A stretch of DNA of 64,000 bases from Gemmatimonadales bacterium (lineage in GTDB: Bacteria; Gemmatimonadota; Gemmatimonadetes; Gemmatimonadales; GWC2-71-9), in contig JBBCJC010000002.1 in NCBI GenBank assembly GCA_037189525.1, forward strand, positions 224,001 through 288,000, read 5' to 3'. Shown in pieces: positions 9,607-18,779 of this stretch. Within the stretch, counting starts at the first letter, position 1. The number at the start of each line of letters is the position of its first letter. The notes beneath the pieces were generated by a model, which was given only the letters and a program-made list of their open reading frames with translations, was not told where the DNA came from and searched no databases. The position numbers and the translations under genes were made by a program.

Positions 9607-11676
9607 ATGCCCATCTTCCCTTTGCTCATTGCCCTGTCTGCCACACTCGGCGCAGGAACGCCGCCGTCAGCCCCGATGGTTCCCGTCTCCGTCGGCTGGC
9701 ACGATCCGGCAGTCTCCCCTGATGGAACCCGGATTGCCGCAGCGCTGTCGGGCCGGATCTGGATGGTCCCGATCGCAGGCGGCAAGGCCGAGCCGGTCAC
9801 GAGCGGATCGGGCTGGGATCAGCATCCGGCCTGGTCGCCGGACGGACGGTTCCTCGCCTATGCGCACCAGCGTCCCGGCCGCGCCGAGTTGATCGTGCGG
9901 ACCCTGGAAACGGGAGCGGAACGGACTGTCTACTCGACCGAGAACGGCCGCATCGTGGGCCAGATCGCCTGGCGCGGCGTCGACGGCGAACTGGTCTTCG
10001 TCCTCGAAACCCACCAATTCATGGCCCACCTCTGGTCGATCTCGCTGCGCGCCGACAGCAAGCCCAAGCAGATCACCCACGGCACCGGGCAGGCCGAGTG
10101 GTCGTTTGCGTTGTCGCCGGACGGGAAAGAAGCGGTGGTGGAGTGGGTGCAGTACGGACCAACCGACCTCTTCAAGGTCACCCTCGACAGCGCCCGATCG
10201 ACCCGGATTACCGAAACGACGGGTGAAGAGTTCACGCCCACCTGGACCCGTGACGGCCGGCAGCTCGTCTACATCCGGCGCGATGACGGCGTCGACAAAG
10301 TCATCATGCGCGACGTGGCCGACGGCACCGAGCGGATCGTGTTCGAGAGCCCCTTCGACGGCAAACAGCTCTCGCTCCTCCCCGACGGCCGCTCGGCCGT
10401 GATGGTAGCGGGGCGACGGTTGCATCGCCTCGATCTGACCACCGGCAAAGCAACACCGATCGCCGCCGACGCATCGCTGCCGGCCGCGCCGACGCCGGGT
10501 GACCTGCTGCTCACCAACGTCAGGCTGTGGGACGGCACCGGCGCCCCGGTGCGCAACGACGCCTGGGTGCAAGTCACAGCAGGGCGCATCACCGCGGTAG
10601 GATCGGGACCTGCGCCAGCTGCGGACGGCGTACCTTCGATCGACGGCGGCGGCAAGTTCCTGATGCCCGGACTCGTCGACAACCATTTCCACTATTGGCG
10701 TCACTGGCTCTTCGACGGCGCCCGCCGGCTGGCCCAGGGCATCACCACCGCGCGCGACCCGGGTACCGAGCTGTCGGAGGCGCTCAACATTCGTGATGCG
10801 ATCCGGCAGGGCGTGCTGGTCGGGCCCGACATGTTCACCACCGGTCCGTTGATCGACGGACTCTGCGGTTTTCACCCGATGGTCGACGTGCTGATCGACA
10901 GCCCCGCGGCAGGACCGGCATTGGTCCGGGCCCTCAAGGCCGCGGGCGTCGATGCCATCAAGGTGTATCACTGCCTCTCGCCCGAGGTGCTCGAGCCGAT
11001 CGTCAAGGAAGCCCGCCGGCTGGGCCTGCCCGTCACCGGCGATCTCGGCAATCGGACCCACTGGAACACGGCCATCGCCGCCGGTGTCACCGGACTCAAC
11101 CACGCCTACACCTATCGTGGCGCGTATCTCGACCCGCGCTATCAGGTCTTCCAGACGGGTGACCTCTCGCAGATCATGTTCGCCCGCTTCCGTCTGCAGG
11201 GGAACATTCCGATCGATCCCGATCGGCCCGAGGTCGATTCGGTCCTGGCCACCATGGTCCGCAACGGCGTCGCCTTCGATCCCACCATCAATGTCTTTGC
11301 CGTCAGCGACTCGGCGCGGCGCGCGCTTGGTGTGGAGGAAGGGATCCGCGCCGATCAGCGCTGGCAGAACATGGCGCGGTTCGTCAAGAAAGCGGTCGAT
11401 GCGGGAGTGATGCTGATGGCCGGGACGGATGCGAACTCGCTCAGCGCCGAGCTGGAACACTACGAGAAGATCGGAGTGCCACGCACCATCATCTTGCAGT
11501 CGGCGACGGTCAATGGCGCCAAGTGGCTGGGCAAGGAAGCGGATTTCGGGACCATCGCACCCGGGCGTAAGGCGCACCTCCTCCTCGTCGACGGCGATCC
11601 GCTCACGGCCATCAAAGCAATCCGCGATGTCGAGTTGGTGGTGAAAGACGGCCGGGTGGCCTTCCGACGCCAGTAG
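9607..11676 (+). CDS. Second PD40/TolB-repeat amidohydrolase
   Basis: Signal peptide, SPDG repeats, MPGLVDNHFH, AGTD, GTIAPGRKAHLLLVDGDP. Confidence 0.85.
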   Translation: MPIFPLLIALSATLGAGTPPSAPMVPVSVGWHDPAVSPDGTRIAAALSGRIWMVPIAGGKAEPVTSGSGWDQHPAWSPDGRFLAYAHQRPGRAELIVRTLETGAERTVYSTENGRIVGQIAWRGVDGELVFVLETHQFMAHLWSISLRADSKPKQITHGTGQAEWSFALSPDGKEAVVEWVQYGPTDLFKVTLDSARSTRITETTGEEFTPTWTRDGRQLVYIRRDDGVDKVIMRDVADGTERIVFESPFDGKQLSLLPDGRSAVMVAGRRLHRLDLTTGKATPIAADASLPAAPTPGDLLLTNVRLWDGTGAPVRNDAWVQVTAGRITAVGSGPAPAADGVPSIDGGGKFLMPGLVDNHFHYWRHWLFDGARRLAQGITTARDPGTELSEALNIRDAIRQGVLVGPDMFTTGPLIDGLCGFHPMVDVLIDSPAAGPALVRALKAAGVDAIKVYHCLSPEVLEPIVKEARRLGLPVTGDLGNRTHWNTAIAAGVTGLNHAYTYRGAYLDPRYQVFQTGDLSQIMFARFRLQGNIPIDPDRPEVDSVLATMVRNGVAFDPTINVFAVSDSARRALGVEEGIRADQRWQNMARFVKKAVDAGVMLMAGTDANSLSAELEHYEKIGVPRTIILQSATVNGAKWLGKEADFGTIAPGRKAHLLLVDGDPLTAIKAIRDVELVVKDGRVAFRRQ

Positions 11677-11687
11677 GTTCGATACAA

Positions 11688-11728
11688 TACCGGGAAAATA
11701 CCGCACGGCAAGCGGAATTTTCCCGGTA
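11688..11728. terminator. Long hairpin between convergent genes
   Basis: TACCGGGAAAAT-ACCGC...GCGGA-ATTTTCCCGGTA inverted repeat between the stops at 11676 and 11791. Confidence 0.6.
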
Positions 11729-11790
11729 CTCTGTTGTGCCAACCGACTGCCACCGCTGGATTTCCCGCCACCCTTACCGACGCGGACGGC

Positions 11791-12609
11791 TCAGGCCAAG
11801 CAGGACATTTCGCGTCGATAGCGCGCCGGCGTCACGCCGAGGGCGGCGCGAAAGTGTCGGCTCAGGTGGCTCTGATCGACGAAGCCGACCAGGTAGGCCG
11901 TGGCCGAGGGTGTTCGTCCCTCAGCAAGCAGCGCCTTGGCCCGCTCGATGCGGAGATGCGTCTGGTACGCATGAGGCGGCAGTCCCACCGAGCGGCGGAA
12001 CGTGCGATTGAGATAGGCGGGGTGGAGGTCGACCAGCGCGGCAAGCGCTTCGAGTGAGACGTTCTCGCGCAGGTGCGACTCCAGGTACGCCTTGGCCCTT
12101 TGCACGGCGCGCGGCTCCCGTCCGGTGCCGCCATCGCTACCGAAGCACAGATGGCGTCCCTCCAGGAGCTCGAGCAACGTGAGCACGGCCTGCTCTCGTT
12201 CGAGCCGGGATGCGGCGCTCTCGATGCCGTCACAGATGCATTGCACCGCCCGGACCGCCTCGGCGTCCGATGCGACGTGGCGGATCAGACGGAGCCTGCT
12301 CAGGTCGGCGCCATAGACCGCCGCGATGAGACGCGCTTCGAGATACAGCATTCGATATCGCACCGCTGTGCCCGAGGCGAGGTATCCGGTGTGCGCCTGT
12401 CCCGGCCCGATCAGGGTGAGCGAGCCCGGTCCCGCAAAGTGGATTGCTCCTTGGCACCAAAAGGCGCCATCCCCCTGATCCACGATACCGATCGACAGCG
12501 AATCGTGGGCGTGGCGGCCATAGACGTGGGACACCAGCACGGCGTCCATCATCTCGAGATGCTCAACGTCGGGTACCCGCCGGATGGTGAACTGCTCGCG
12601 AATCGTCAC
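11791..12609 (-). CDS. AraC family transcriptional regulator
   Basis: N-terminal cupin (RHAHDS...GQAHTG). C-terminal double HTH with GFVDQSHLSRHFRAALGVTPARYR. Confidence 0.92.
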   Translation of the reverse strand: MTIREQFTIRRVPDVEHLEMMDAVLVSHVYGRHAHDSLSIGIVDQGDGAFWCQGAIHFAGPGSLTLIGPGQAHTGYLASGTAVRYRMLYLEARLIAAVYGADLSRLRLIRHVASDAEAVRAVQCICDGIESAASRLEREQAVLTLLELLEGRHLCFGSDGGTGREPRAVQRAKAYLESHLRENVSLEALAALVDLHPAYLNRTFRRSVGLPPHAYQTHLRIERAKALLAEGRTPSATAYLVGFVDQSHLSRHFRAALGVTPARYRREMSCLA

Positions 12610-12668
12610 GGAGGTAGGATAGCACGCGCCGCCGTCGTTCCGCCATTGCCGGCGGCGGCGCGGAGATG

Positions 12669-14420
12669 CTACGGAGCCCCGAGTTCGATGACGGGAAAGA
12701 TGATGCGCGATAGGCGCCGCCGGTCGTGATAGATCGTCTGCTCGGCAACGCGCCAGACGGTGTCCGTGGCAATCGGATTGCCGGTATTCTGATTCGGATT
12801 GAAGAACGGCGCGGCGCTGCTCGTCACCTCCAGTCGGATTCGGTGACCCGGCTCGAACGCGTGCGCGAGATCGGAAATCTCGATCCGATAGCGTTCCACC
12901 TGGTTCGGGGTGAGCAGCACCTCACGATCGAGGCCGTTCCGATAGCGGGCGCGAATGATGGCGACGGGATTGACACCCAGCTTGAGCGCTCGGCCATCCG
13001 GCTGAACGTCGAGCAGTTTCACCACGAAATCGGTATCACGGCCGTCGCTCGCGGCAAAGAGTTCCACCGCAACGGTTCCCGCGATCGCCACCCGCTCGGT
13101 GAGCACCTCGCTGCTGTAGACGAGCACGTCGTGCCGATACTGCCCCGGTCGGTGGTCGCCGGTGCGAAGTAGCAAGGTGTCGGGGAAGTCGAGACGGACG
13201 GGATTCCGCGGATCGTAGCGGAAGCGGTCCGGGCGCTCGTCGGCAGGCCGATCCCACGACAGCACGCCGTCACCCTCCACCGTATTCGCGCGCCCGCCGC
13301 TCCGCAGGTAGAGCGATCGTTCGCGCGATTCGACCGGCGGATAGGCGCCGAAGGTCTGCCATCGATTGGCGCCCATCACGTAGGTACGCGCGCGTGGCCA
13401 GTCGGGCGCCGGCGCCGTCCCCTTGAGGCACCAATCGAAGAAGGTCCGATGAATGGCCTTGTTGTCGATCCTCGAATCCGCGGTGAACTCGAAGCCCGCC
13501 TCCCGGAGTGCGCCCCCGGAGAAGGTTTGGCTGTGATTCCACGGCCCGGCAATCAGGAAGTGATGATCGGGGCGAGGATTGTGTGCCTGGATGCCGCGCC
13601 AATAGAAAAGCGCGCCGGCCTGATCACCGTCGAACCATCCCGTCGTTGTGAGAGTCGGAATCGTGATGCCGGCGAAGTCGGCCGGAGTAAAGAGGATTCG
13701 CTGCCAGTAGGCGTCGCGTGTCGGGTGGTTGAGAAACTCACGAAAGAGTCGAATCGGGCGGCCCGTGAGCACCGAGTCCATGGTCAGAAGCGGACGATGG
13801 GAGAACACGGTTTCCCAATCGACTCCCGCGAGATTGCCCTGCTCCTGCCGCAGCGAGCGGCCATAGAGCCAATTCAACGCCCATTGCAGACCGAAGGCGC
13901 CGCCCACGGCGGGGAGTTCGTCGAGATACCGGCCGGCCGGCGCGGTCGGCGCGATGCAGCGGAGGTGCGGCGGATGCGCCCGGGCGGCGAGCCACTGGAC
14001 CGTGCCCATGTAGGAAACGCCCATCATGCCGATCCGTCCGTCGGACCAGGACTGCTGCGCCAGCCACTCGATGCTGTCGTAGCCGTCGTGTTCTTCCTGG
14101 AAAAAGAAGTCGAAATCGCCGTCGGAGTCTCCTCTGCCACGGACATCCTGGATCGCAAAGGCGTAACCGGCGGCGGTGAAGTACGCCGCAAGCTGGGTGG
14201 TCATCTCGTTCAGGTTGGCCCGGCCGTAGGGCGTCCGAATCAGGATCAGCGGGTGCTGCCCGCGGTCAGCCGGCAGCCAGACGTCGGAGACGAGGGTAAC
14301 CCCGTCGCGCATCGGCGTTCGGAGACCCAGCAGGCGGCTCGTCTGGGCCGCCCCGGTCGAGGTCACGGTCAGGCAGAGCAGAAGAAAGCAGGCCCATAGA
14401 GCGCGAGGGTGAATCCGCAT
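12669..14420 (-). CDS. CocE/NonD family exported hydrolase (peptidase S15)
   Basis: PMRDGVTL, RTPYG, QDVRGRGDSDG, nucleophile GVSYMG, GWFD, GPWNH, PepX_C-type C-terminus. Start placed at ATG 14420. Confidence 0.92.
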   Translation of the reverse strand: MRIHPRALWACFLLLCLTVTSTGAAQTSRLLGLRTPMRDGVTLVSDVWLPADRGQHPLILIRTPYGRANLNEMTTQLAAYFTAAGYAFAIQDVRGRGDSDGDFDFFFQEEHDGYDSIEWLAQQSWSDGRIGMMGVSYMGTVQWLAARAHPPHLRCIAPTAPAGRYLDELPAVGGAFGLQWALNWLYGRSLRQEQGNLAGVDWETVFSHRPLLTMDSVLTGRPIRLFREFLNHPTRDAYWQRILFTPADFAGITIPTLTTTGWFDGDQAGALFYWRGIQAHNPRPDHHFLIAGPWNHSQTFSGGALREAGFEFTADSRIDNKAIHRTFFDWCLKGTAPAPDWPRARTYVMGANRWQTFGAYPPVESRERSLYLRSGGRANTVEGDGVLSWDRPADERPDRFRYDPRNPVRLDFPDTLLLRTGDHRPGQYRHDVLVYSSEVLTERVAIAGTVAVELFAASDGRDTDFVVKLLDVQPDGRALKLGVNPVAIIRARYRNGLDREVLLTPNQVERYRIEISDLAHAFEPGHRIRLEVTSSAAPFFNPNQNTGNPIATDTVWRVAEQTIYHDRRRLSRIIFPVIELGAP

Positions 14421-14539
14421 CGGTCCAACATCCCGGCTCGGGGCCAAGGGCGTCTAGGATGTTCTTGACCTTCCCCTCCGGGATGGCGCGATACAGCTAC
14501 TTTTCGTTCTCACTGCTCCCGATTGCGCTCTCTGATGCG

Positions 14540-16912
14540 ATGAGCCCTCTCGACCGCGTTCCCGCCTCCCTCGCCGAAGCGGACGGCTCGCTGCTCGGTC
14601 ACCGGGTCGGCGCCTATCGCATCGTCCGCGAGATCGGCTCCGGCGGAATGGGGTCAGTCTACGAAGGCATCCGCGACGACGACCAGTTTCAGCACCGTGT
14701 CGCCATCAAGGTGATCCGCCGCGGAATGGATACCGGTCGCACCCTGCAGCGCTTCCGCCAGGAACGCCAGATTCTCGCCAGACTGCAGCACCCGAACATC
14801 GCGGCGTTACTGGACGGCGGTGTCACCGACGACAGACGCCCCTACTTCGTGATCGAGTACGTCGAAGGCGCGCCGTTGCTCGAGTATTGCGATCAGCGCC
14901 GGCTCGGCATTCGTGAGCGAATCGGCCTGCTCCGCCAGTTGGCGTCAGCCGTGCAGAGCGCGCATCAGAATCTGGTCGTTCATCGCGACCTCAAACCCGG
15001 CAACATCCTGGTGACCGCCGCGGGCGATGTCAAACTGCTCGACTTCGGCATTGCCAGGCTGCTGGGTGACTCGACCGAGAGCGGAACGCAGACAGATCTC
15101 GGCTCGCGCGTCTACACGCCGGAATACGCCAGCCCCGAGCTGATCCGCGGCGAACCGGTCAGCGTCGCAGTCGACGTCTATGCCATGGGAGTGCTCAGCT
15201 ACGAGCTGCTGACGGGAACCCGCCCCTTCCTGCGTGGCGAGCGTGGTCTGGCCGCGCTCGAGCGAGCCATTCTGGAGGACGAGCCTCGCCGGCCTAGTAC
15301 TGCCGTCGATGCGCCGGCCGCGGCCGCGCGCGGCGAATCGCTCGCGAGCCTGCGCCGCCGTCTAACCGGTGAACTCGACAACCTGGTGCTGATGGCGCTC
15401 CGGAAGGACCCGTCCCGGCGCTATCCGTCCGTCGCCGCGCTGAGCGACGACCTGCGGCGGTATCTCGACGGCCTTCCCGTCGCTGCGCAGCCGGATCGCC
15501 TGGGCTACCGTGTCCGGAAGTTCATCGGGCGACACCGCACTGTGGTCGGACTGTCGGCGGTCGTCGTCCTGGCACTGATCGGCGCCATCGTTGTCACCAC
15601 CGACCAGGCCCGCCGCGCCGATGCCGCGGCACAAACCGCTGAACGGGAGCGTACCCGCACCGCCGCCGTGAATCGGTTCGTGGTCGAGATGCTGGCCGAG
15701 GCGGACCCGGGAACAGCCCGGAGCGCAGTGACGGTAACCGAGGTACTCGATCGCGCCGCGCACGACGCCGGACGGCAGCTGGCCGCGGAGCCCGAACTGG
15801 AGCGCGCCGTCCGCGCCACCTTGGGACAAACCTATCTCAGCCTGGGCCGGTACGACGAAGCCAAGCGGGAGTTTACCCGCGCGCTCGAACTGGCCACCGC
15901 TCGCGACGCGGCAACCGGCGCTCCGATCAGCGACGACGCGGTTGTCGCCCGCAACAACATCGGGACGGTGTTGCAGCAAGCGGGCGATTGGCGTGGCGCC
16001 GACAGCGTTTGGCAGGAGGTCGTCCACGAACTGCAACGGCAGGATCGGCGCGACAGTCTCTATGCTTCCGTGCTCGGCAACCTGGGCACCGCCCGCAGTC
16101 AGCTGGGTCGCGTCGCCGAGGGCGAATCGCTGCAACGTGACGGCGTGGCCATCTGGCGTTCCCTGTCTGGCCGGCACACCGATGAGCTGGTCACCGCGCT
16201 CAACAATCTCGGCGTGAGTCTCGGCCGCCAGCAGCGCTGGACCGCGGCGGAGTCGCTGCACCGGGAGGCGTACGACATTGCCCGGACCCGATTGGGTCGC
16301 CGCCATGTGCTGACCGCGGCTGCGCTGAATGGGATGGCCGGAGCGCTCGACCTCCAGGACCGTCTGGCCGAGGCCGATACCGCCTACCGGGAGGTCCTGG
16401 CTATCCGCCGCGAGCTGCTCGGTGTGGATCACCCCGAGTATCTCTTCACCCTGTTCAATTTCGCGGCCTTTCTGACGGTGCAGAATCGCTGCGCCGAAGC
16501 CATCGTCGTTGCCCGCGACGTGCTGGGCAACCGGGGGAAATCGCTCGCCGAAAGTCATCCGGCGGTTGCCGGCAGCTTGCAGACCGTCGGGCGCTGTCTC
16601 GATCGTCTGCCGGACGGGAATCGAGCCGAGGCCGGGCGGGCGCTGCTCGAAAGCCTCGAACTCCGACGACGCCATCTCCCCGAAGGTCATTGGCTCATTC
16701 GCGTCTCGGAGAGCGTCTACGCCGAGCACCTCGGACTGGTGGGCCGTTTTCGCGAAGGGGAACCGCTCATCGTCGCTGCGTACCAGGCGCTCCTCGATCA
16801 GCTGGGCGCCGAGTCGCCCCGCACGATCGATGCACGGGCCCGCGTCGTCACGTTTTACCAGCGGGCCGGACGCCCGGATCGAGCGCGCTCCTTCCGAGGA
16901 CCGCTGCAGTAA
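14540..16912 (+). CDS. Ser/Thr protein kinase with TM helix and TPR repeats
   Basis: GSGGMGSVY, VAIK, HRDLKPGN, DFG, YTPEYASPE. TM segment VVGLSAVVVLALIGAIVV. Repeated NNLG-type TPRs. Start is uncertain (14459 or 14540). Confidence 0.92.
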   Translation: MSPLDRVPASLAEADGSLLGHRVGAYRIVREIGSGGMGSVYEGIRDDDQFQHRVAIKVIRRGMDTGRTLQRFRQERQILARLQHPNIAALLDGGVTDDRRPYFVIEYVEGAPLLEYCDQRRLGIRERIGLLRQLASAVQSAHQNLVVHRDLKPGNILVTAAGDVKLLDFGIARLLGDSTESGTQTDLGSRVYTPEYASPELIRGEPVSVAVDVYAMGVLSYELLTGTRPFLRGERGLAALERAILEDEPRRPSTAVDAPAAAARGESLASLRRRLTGELDNLVLMALRKDPSRRYPSVAALSDDLRRYLDGLPVAAQPDRLGYRVRKFIGRHRTVVGLSAVVVLALIGAIVVTTDQARRADAAAQTAERERTRTAAVNRFVVEMLAEADPGTARSAVTVTEVLDRAAHDAGRQLAAEPELERAVRATLGQTYLSLGRYDEAKREFTRALELATARDAATGAPISDDAVVARNNIGTVLQQAGDWRGADSVWQEVVHELQRQDRRDSLYASVLGNLGTARSQLGRVAEGESLQRDGVAIWRSLSGRHTDELVTALNNLGVSLGRQQRWTAAESLHREAYDIARTRLGRRHVLTAAALNGMAGALDLQDRLAEADTAYREVLAIRRELLGVDHPEYLFTLFNFAAFLTVQNRCAEAIVVARDVLGNRGKSLAESHPAVAGSLQTVGRCLDRLPDGNRAEAGRALLESLELRRRHLPEGHWLIRVSESVYAEHLGLVGRFREGEPLIVAAYQALLDQLGAESPRTIDARARVVTFYQRAGRPDRARSFRGPLQ

Positions 16913-16925
16913 GATTTCGGCGGTG

Positions 16926-18779
16926 CTAGCCTTCCGTTCGACCACCCGATGCGTCGGCTCGGTGCGTGGTATCGAAAACGAGCCGGCTCGCACCCTCACC
17001 GTCACTCACCCGTTTGCAGCGGCCGAGCCAGAGGAGCGACCGGCCGCCAAGCCATCGGGTGTGCTGGAACGCCCGCTCCACCAACACGCCGTCCCGCGGC
17101 ACTTCCCCGTCTTCGATCCGAAGCGGCGGCTCGCGGGTCACGTCGCCCGCCGGATCACTGCGTAGCAACTGGCCACGCGGATGGATCAATTCGGGATCGT
17201 CCTGGCCTTCGACGAAGCGGAGGAGCGCGCGCCGCTCCAGTTGCACCGCTCCCGAGCCCGCCGTGCCGCCGGCCGGTACCGCCACGAACGGGATCCAGTG
17301 GCGCGGCACCGGTGACGCCAGTCGATAGCTGAGCAATGCCTCGGCCGGCGCATCCGGCATGACCTGGCGGAGCGGGTCCTGATTCGGCTCCCGATAGCGA
17401 TCGAGCCTATCACCCGAGACACCCTGGACCACGCGCTCCACTCCCCAGACGACGTTGGCCATCTCGTCACGAAAGAGCGCCACCGCTTCGACCGGTGCGC
17501 CCATCTCGACCCGGGGTAAAGCCGGTGGCAGGAACAGCAGATCGCGCAGATAGGCCGGCGCCCCGGGTTCGGTGGCCAGTTCGAACATGGACCAGCGCGA
17601 CCCGTCCGGATTGCGGGACGGCCCGACCGTGATGATCTCGCCGAAGGTGTCGCGTACCGTACAGGAGCGGACCCGCGTGACCGTACCGACCGGCAGATCG
17701 ACGGGGACGAGAAACCAGTCATCGCCGTAGGCCAGGCCAAACTCCACCAGCAGGAGCCGCGTGAGATCGGTGCGGCTGGCCTCGAGCTGCGCCAGGTTGA
17801 CGCGGGTATCCTCGAACTCCCAGAACCGGCTGGCCGGCATGCCCGGGTAGCGCACGGCCGACGGCAGCATGGCCGGCTGGGGAGGCCGCGTCGATTCCGG
17901 CGGTGTCGCCGCGCGCCCCAGATCGGGCCCGGCCGCGGCGCGGAAACTGTACCAGTCGAGGCGACCATCGGTGTATTCGTCCGCCACGAGGGTGACCGGC
18001 CCCGCCTCCATATGCGCACCGAGCGCCAGGCCGTACTCCAGCCGCGCAGGGTTCCAGGCGCCGGTATCCTCGGCGGGATCGGTCAATCCACCGTCGTACC
18101 ACGCCAGCCACCGCATCGCGGCCCGGATCACGGCCGCCCGCCGCGCCGCCGGGATGGCCGGGGCAGCGGGCAAGGTCCCGATGGTGCCGTCCGCCCGAAC
18201 CCGCGATCGGAACGACCGGGCCAACGCCGCCCCGTCGAGCACACCGGCGCCGGTCAGTTCGGCCAGCGCCGCACCCTCGGGGTCGGCCGCCGCATCGGCA
18301 GGCCGCTCGATCCGCATCAGGAAGGGTTCGTGCTCCAAATAGCGCGCCGCCATCGCTCCAGCTTGCTCGGCATCGAGGCAGGACAGAAAATGGAGTCCTG
18401 CCTCGACCCGCAGACGCGGGTGGCTCCGCCGCACCGGCTCCTGTTCGATCATGACCTCGAGCGGCAGGTCGAGCGTCGCGTAGTCGACGGCCGCGGCCGC
18501 GGCATCGCGGGCGGGCGGCACACCCGCGTGATAGCGCTCGATCGGCGCCGCCTCGACATCCACCCGGACGTCGATCGGACTCCCGCCGTCTTCACCGGCC
18601 AACTCGAGCATCTGCCACTGTCGCCCGATCAACCAAAGCGGGTCCGCCAGCTGCGCCTGAAGACCGGGACCGAGATCGGGCGTGGCCGGCACTACCTCGA
18701 GCCGCGACCAGGTGGTGATCGAAGGCCGTCCTTGCAGCAGCTCCGCAGCGAGGGTCGCGCCCCGGACGACGAAACTCAT
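16926..18779 (-). CDS. Conserved-looking hypothetical protein, 617 aa (gene 5 of the large operon)
   Basis: Long ORF with an ATGA overlap on the upstream stop (18776-18779). Trp/Pro-rich motifs LADPLWLIGRQWQ, YPGMPASRFWEFED, FRDEMANVVWGVE. No recognisable domain. Confidence 0.85.
   Translation of the reverse strand: MSFVVRGATLAAELLQGRPSITTWSRLEVVPATPDLGPGLQAQLADPLWLIGRQWQMLELAGEDGGSPIDVRVDVEAAPIERYHAGVPPARDAAAAAVDYATLDLPLEVMIEQEPVRRSHPRLRVEAGLHFLSCLDAEQAGAMAARYLEHEPFLMRIERPADAAADPEGAALAELTGAGVLDGAALARSFRSRVRADGTIGTLPAAPAIPAARRAAVIRAAMRWLAWYDGGLTDPAEDTGAWNPARLEYGLALGAHMEAGPVTLVADEYTDGRLDWYSFRAAAGPDLGRAATPPESTRPPQPAMLPSAVRYPGMPASRFWEFEDTRVNLAQLEASRTDLTRLLLVEFGLAYGDDWFLVPVDLPVGTVTRVRSCTVRDTFGEIITVGPSRNPDGSRWSMFELATEPGAPAYLRDLLFLPPALPRVEMGAPVEAVALFRDEMANVVWGVERVVQGVSGDRLDRYREPNQDPLRQVMPDAPAEALLSYRLASPVPRHWIPFVAVPAGGTAGSGAVQLERRALLRFVEGQDDPELIHPRGQLLRSDPAGDVTREPPLRIEDGEVPRDGVLVERAFQHTRWLGGRSLLWLGRCKRVSDGEGASRLVFDTTHRADASGGRTEG

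Noticed and set aside
9667..11742. 691-aa minus-strand ORF
   Set aside because: Antisense shadow of the PD40-amidohydrolase, with no motifs. Such shadows are common in high-GC coding DNA.
15362..17005. 547-aa minus-strand ORF
   Set aside because: Antisense shadow of the kinase-TPR gene.
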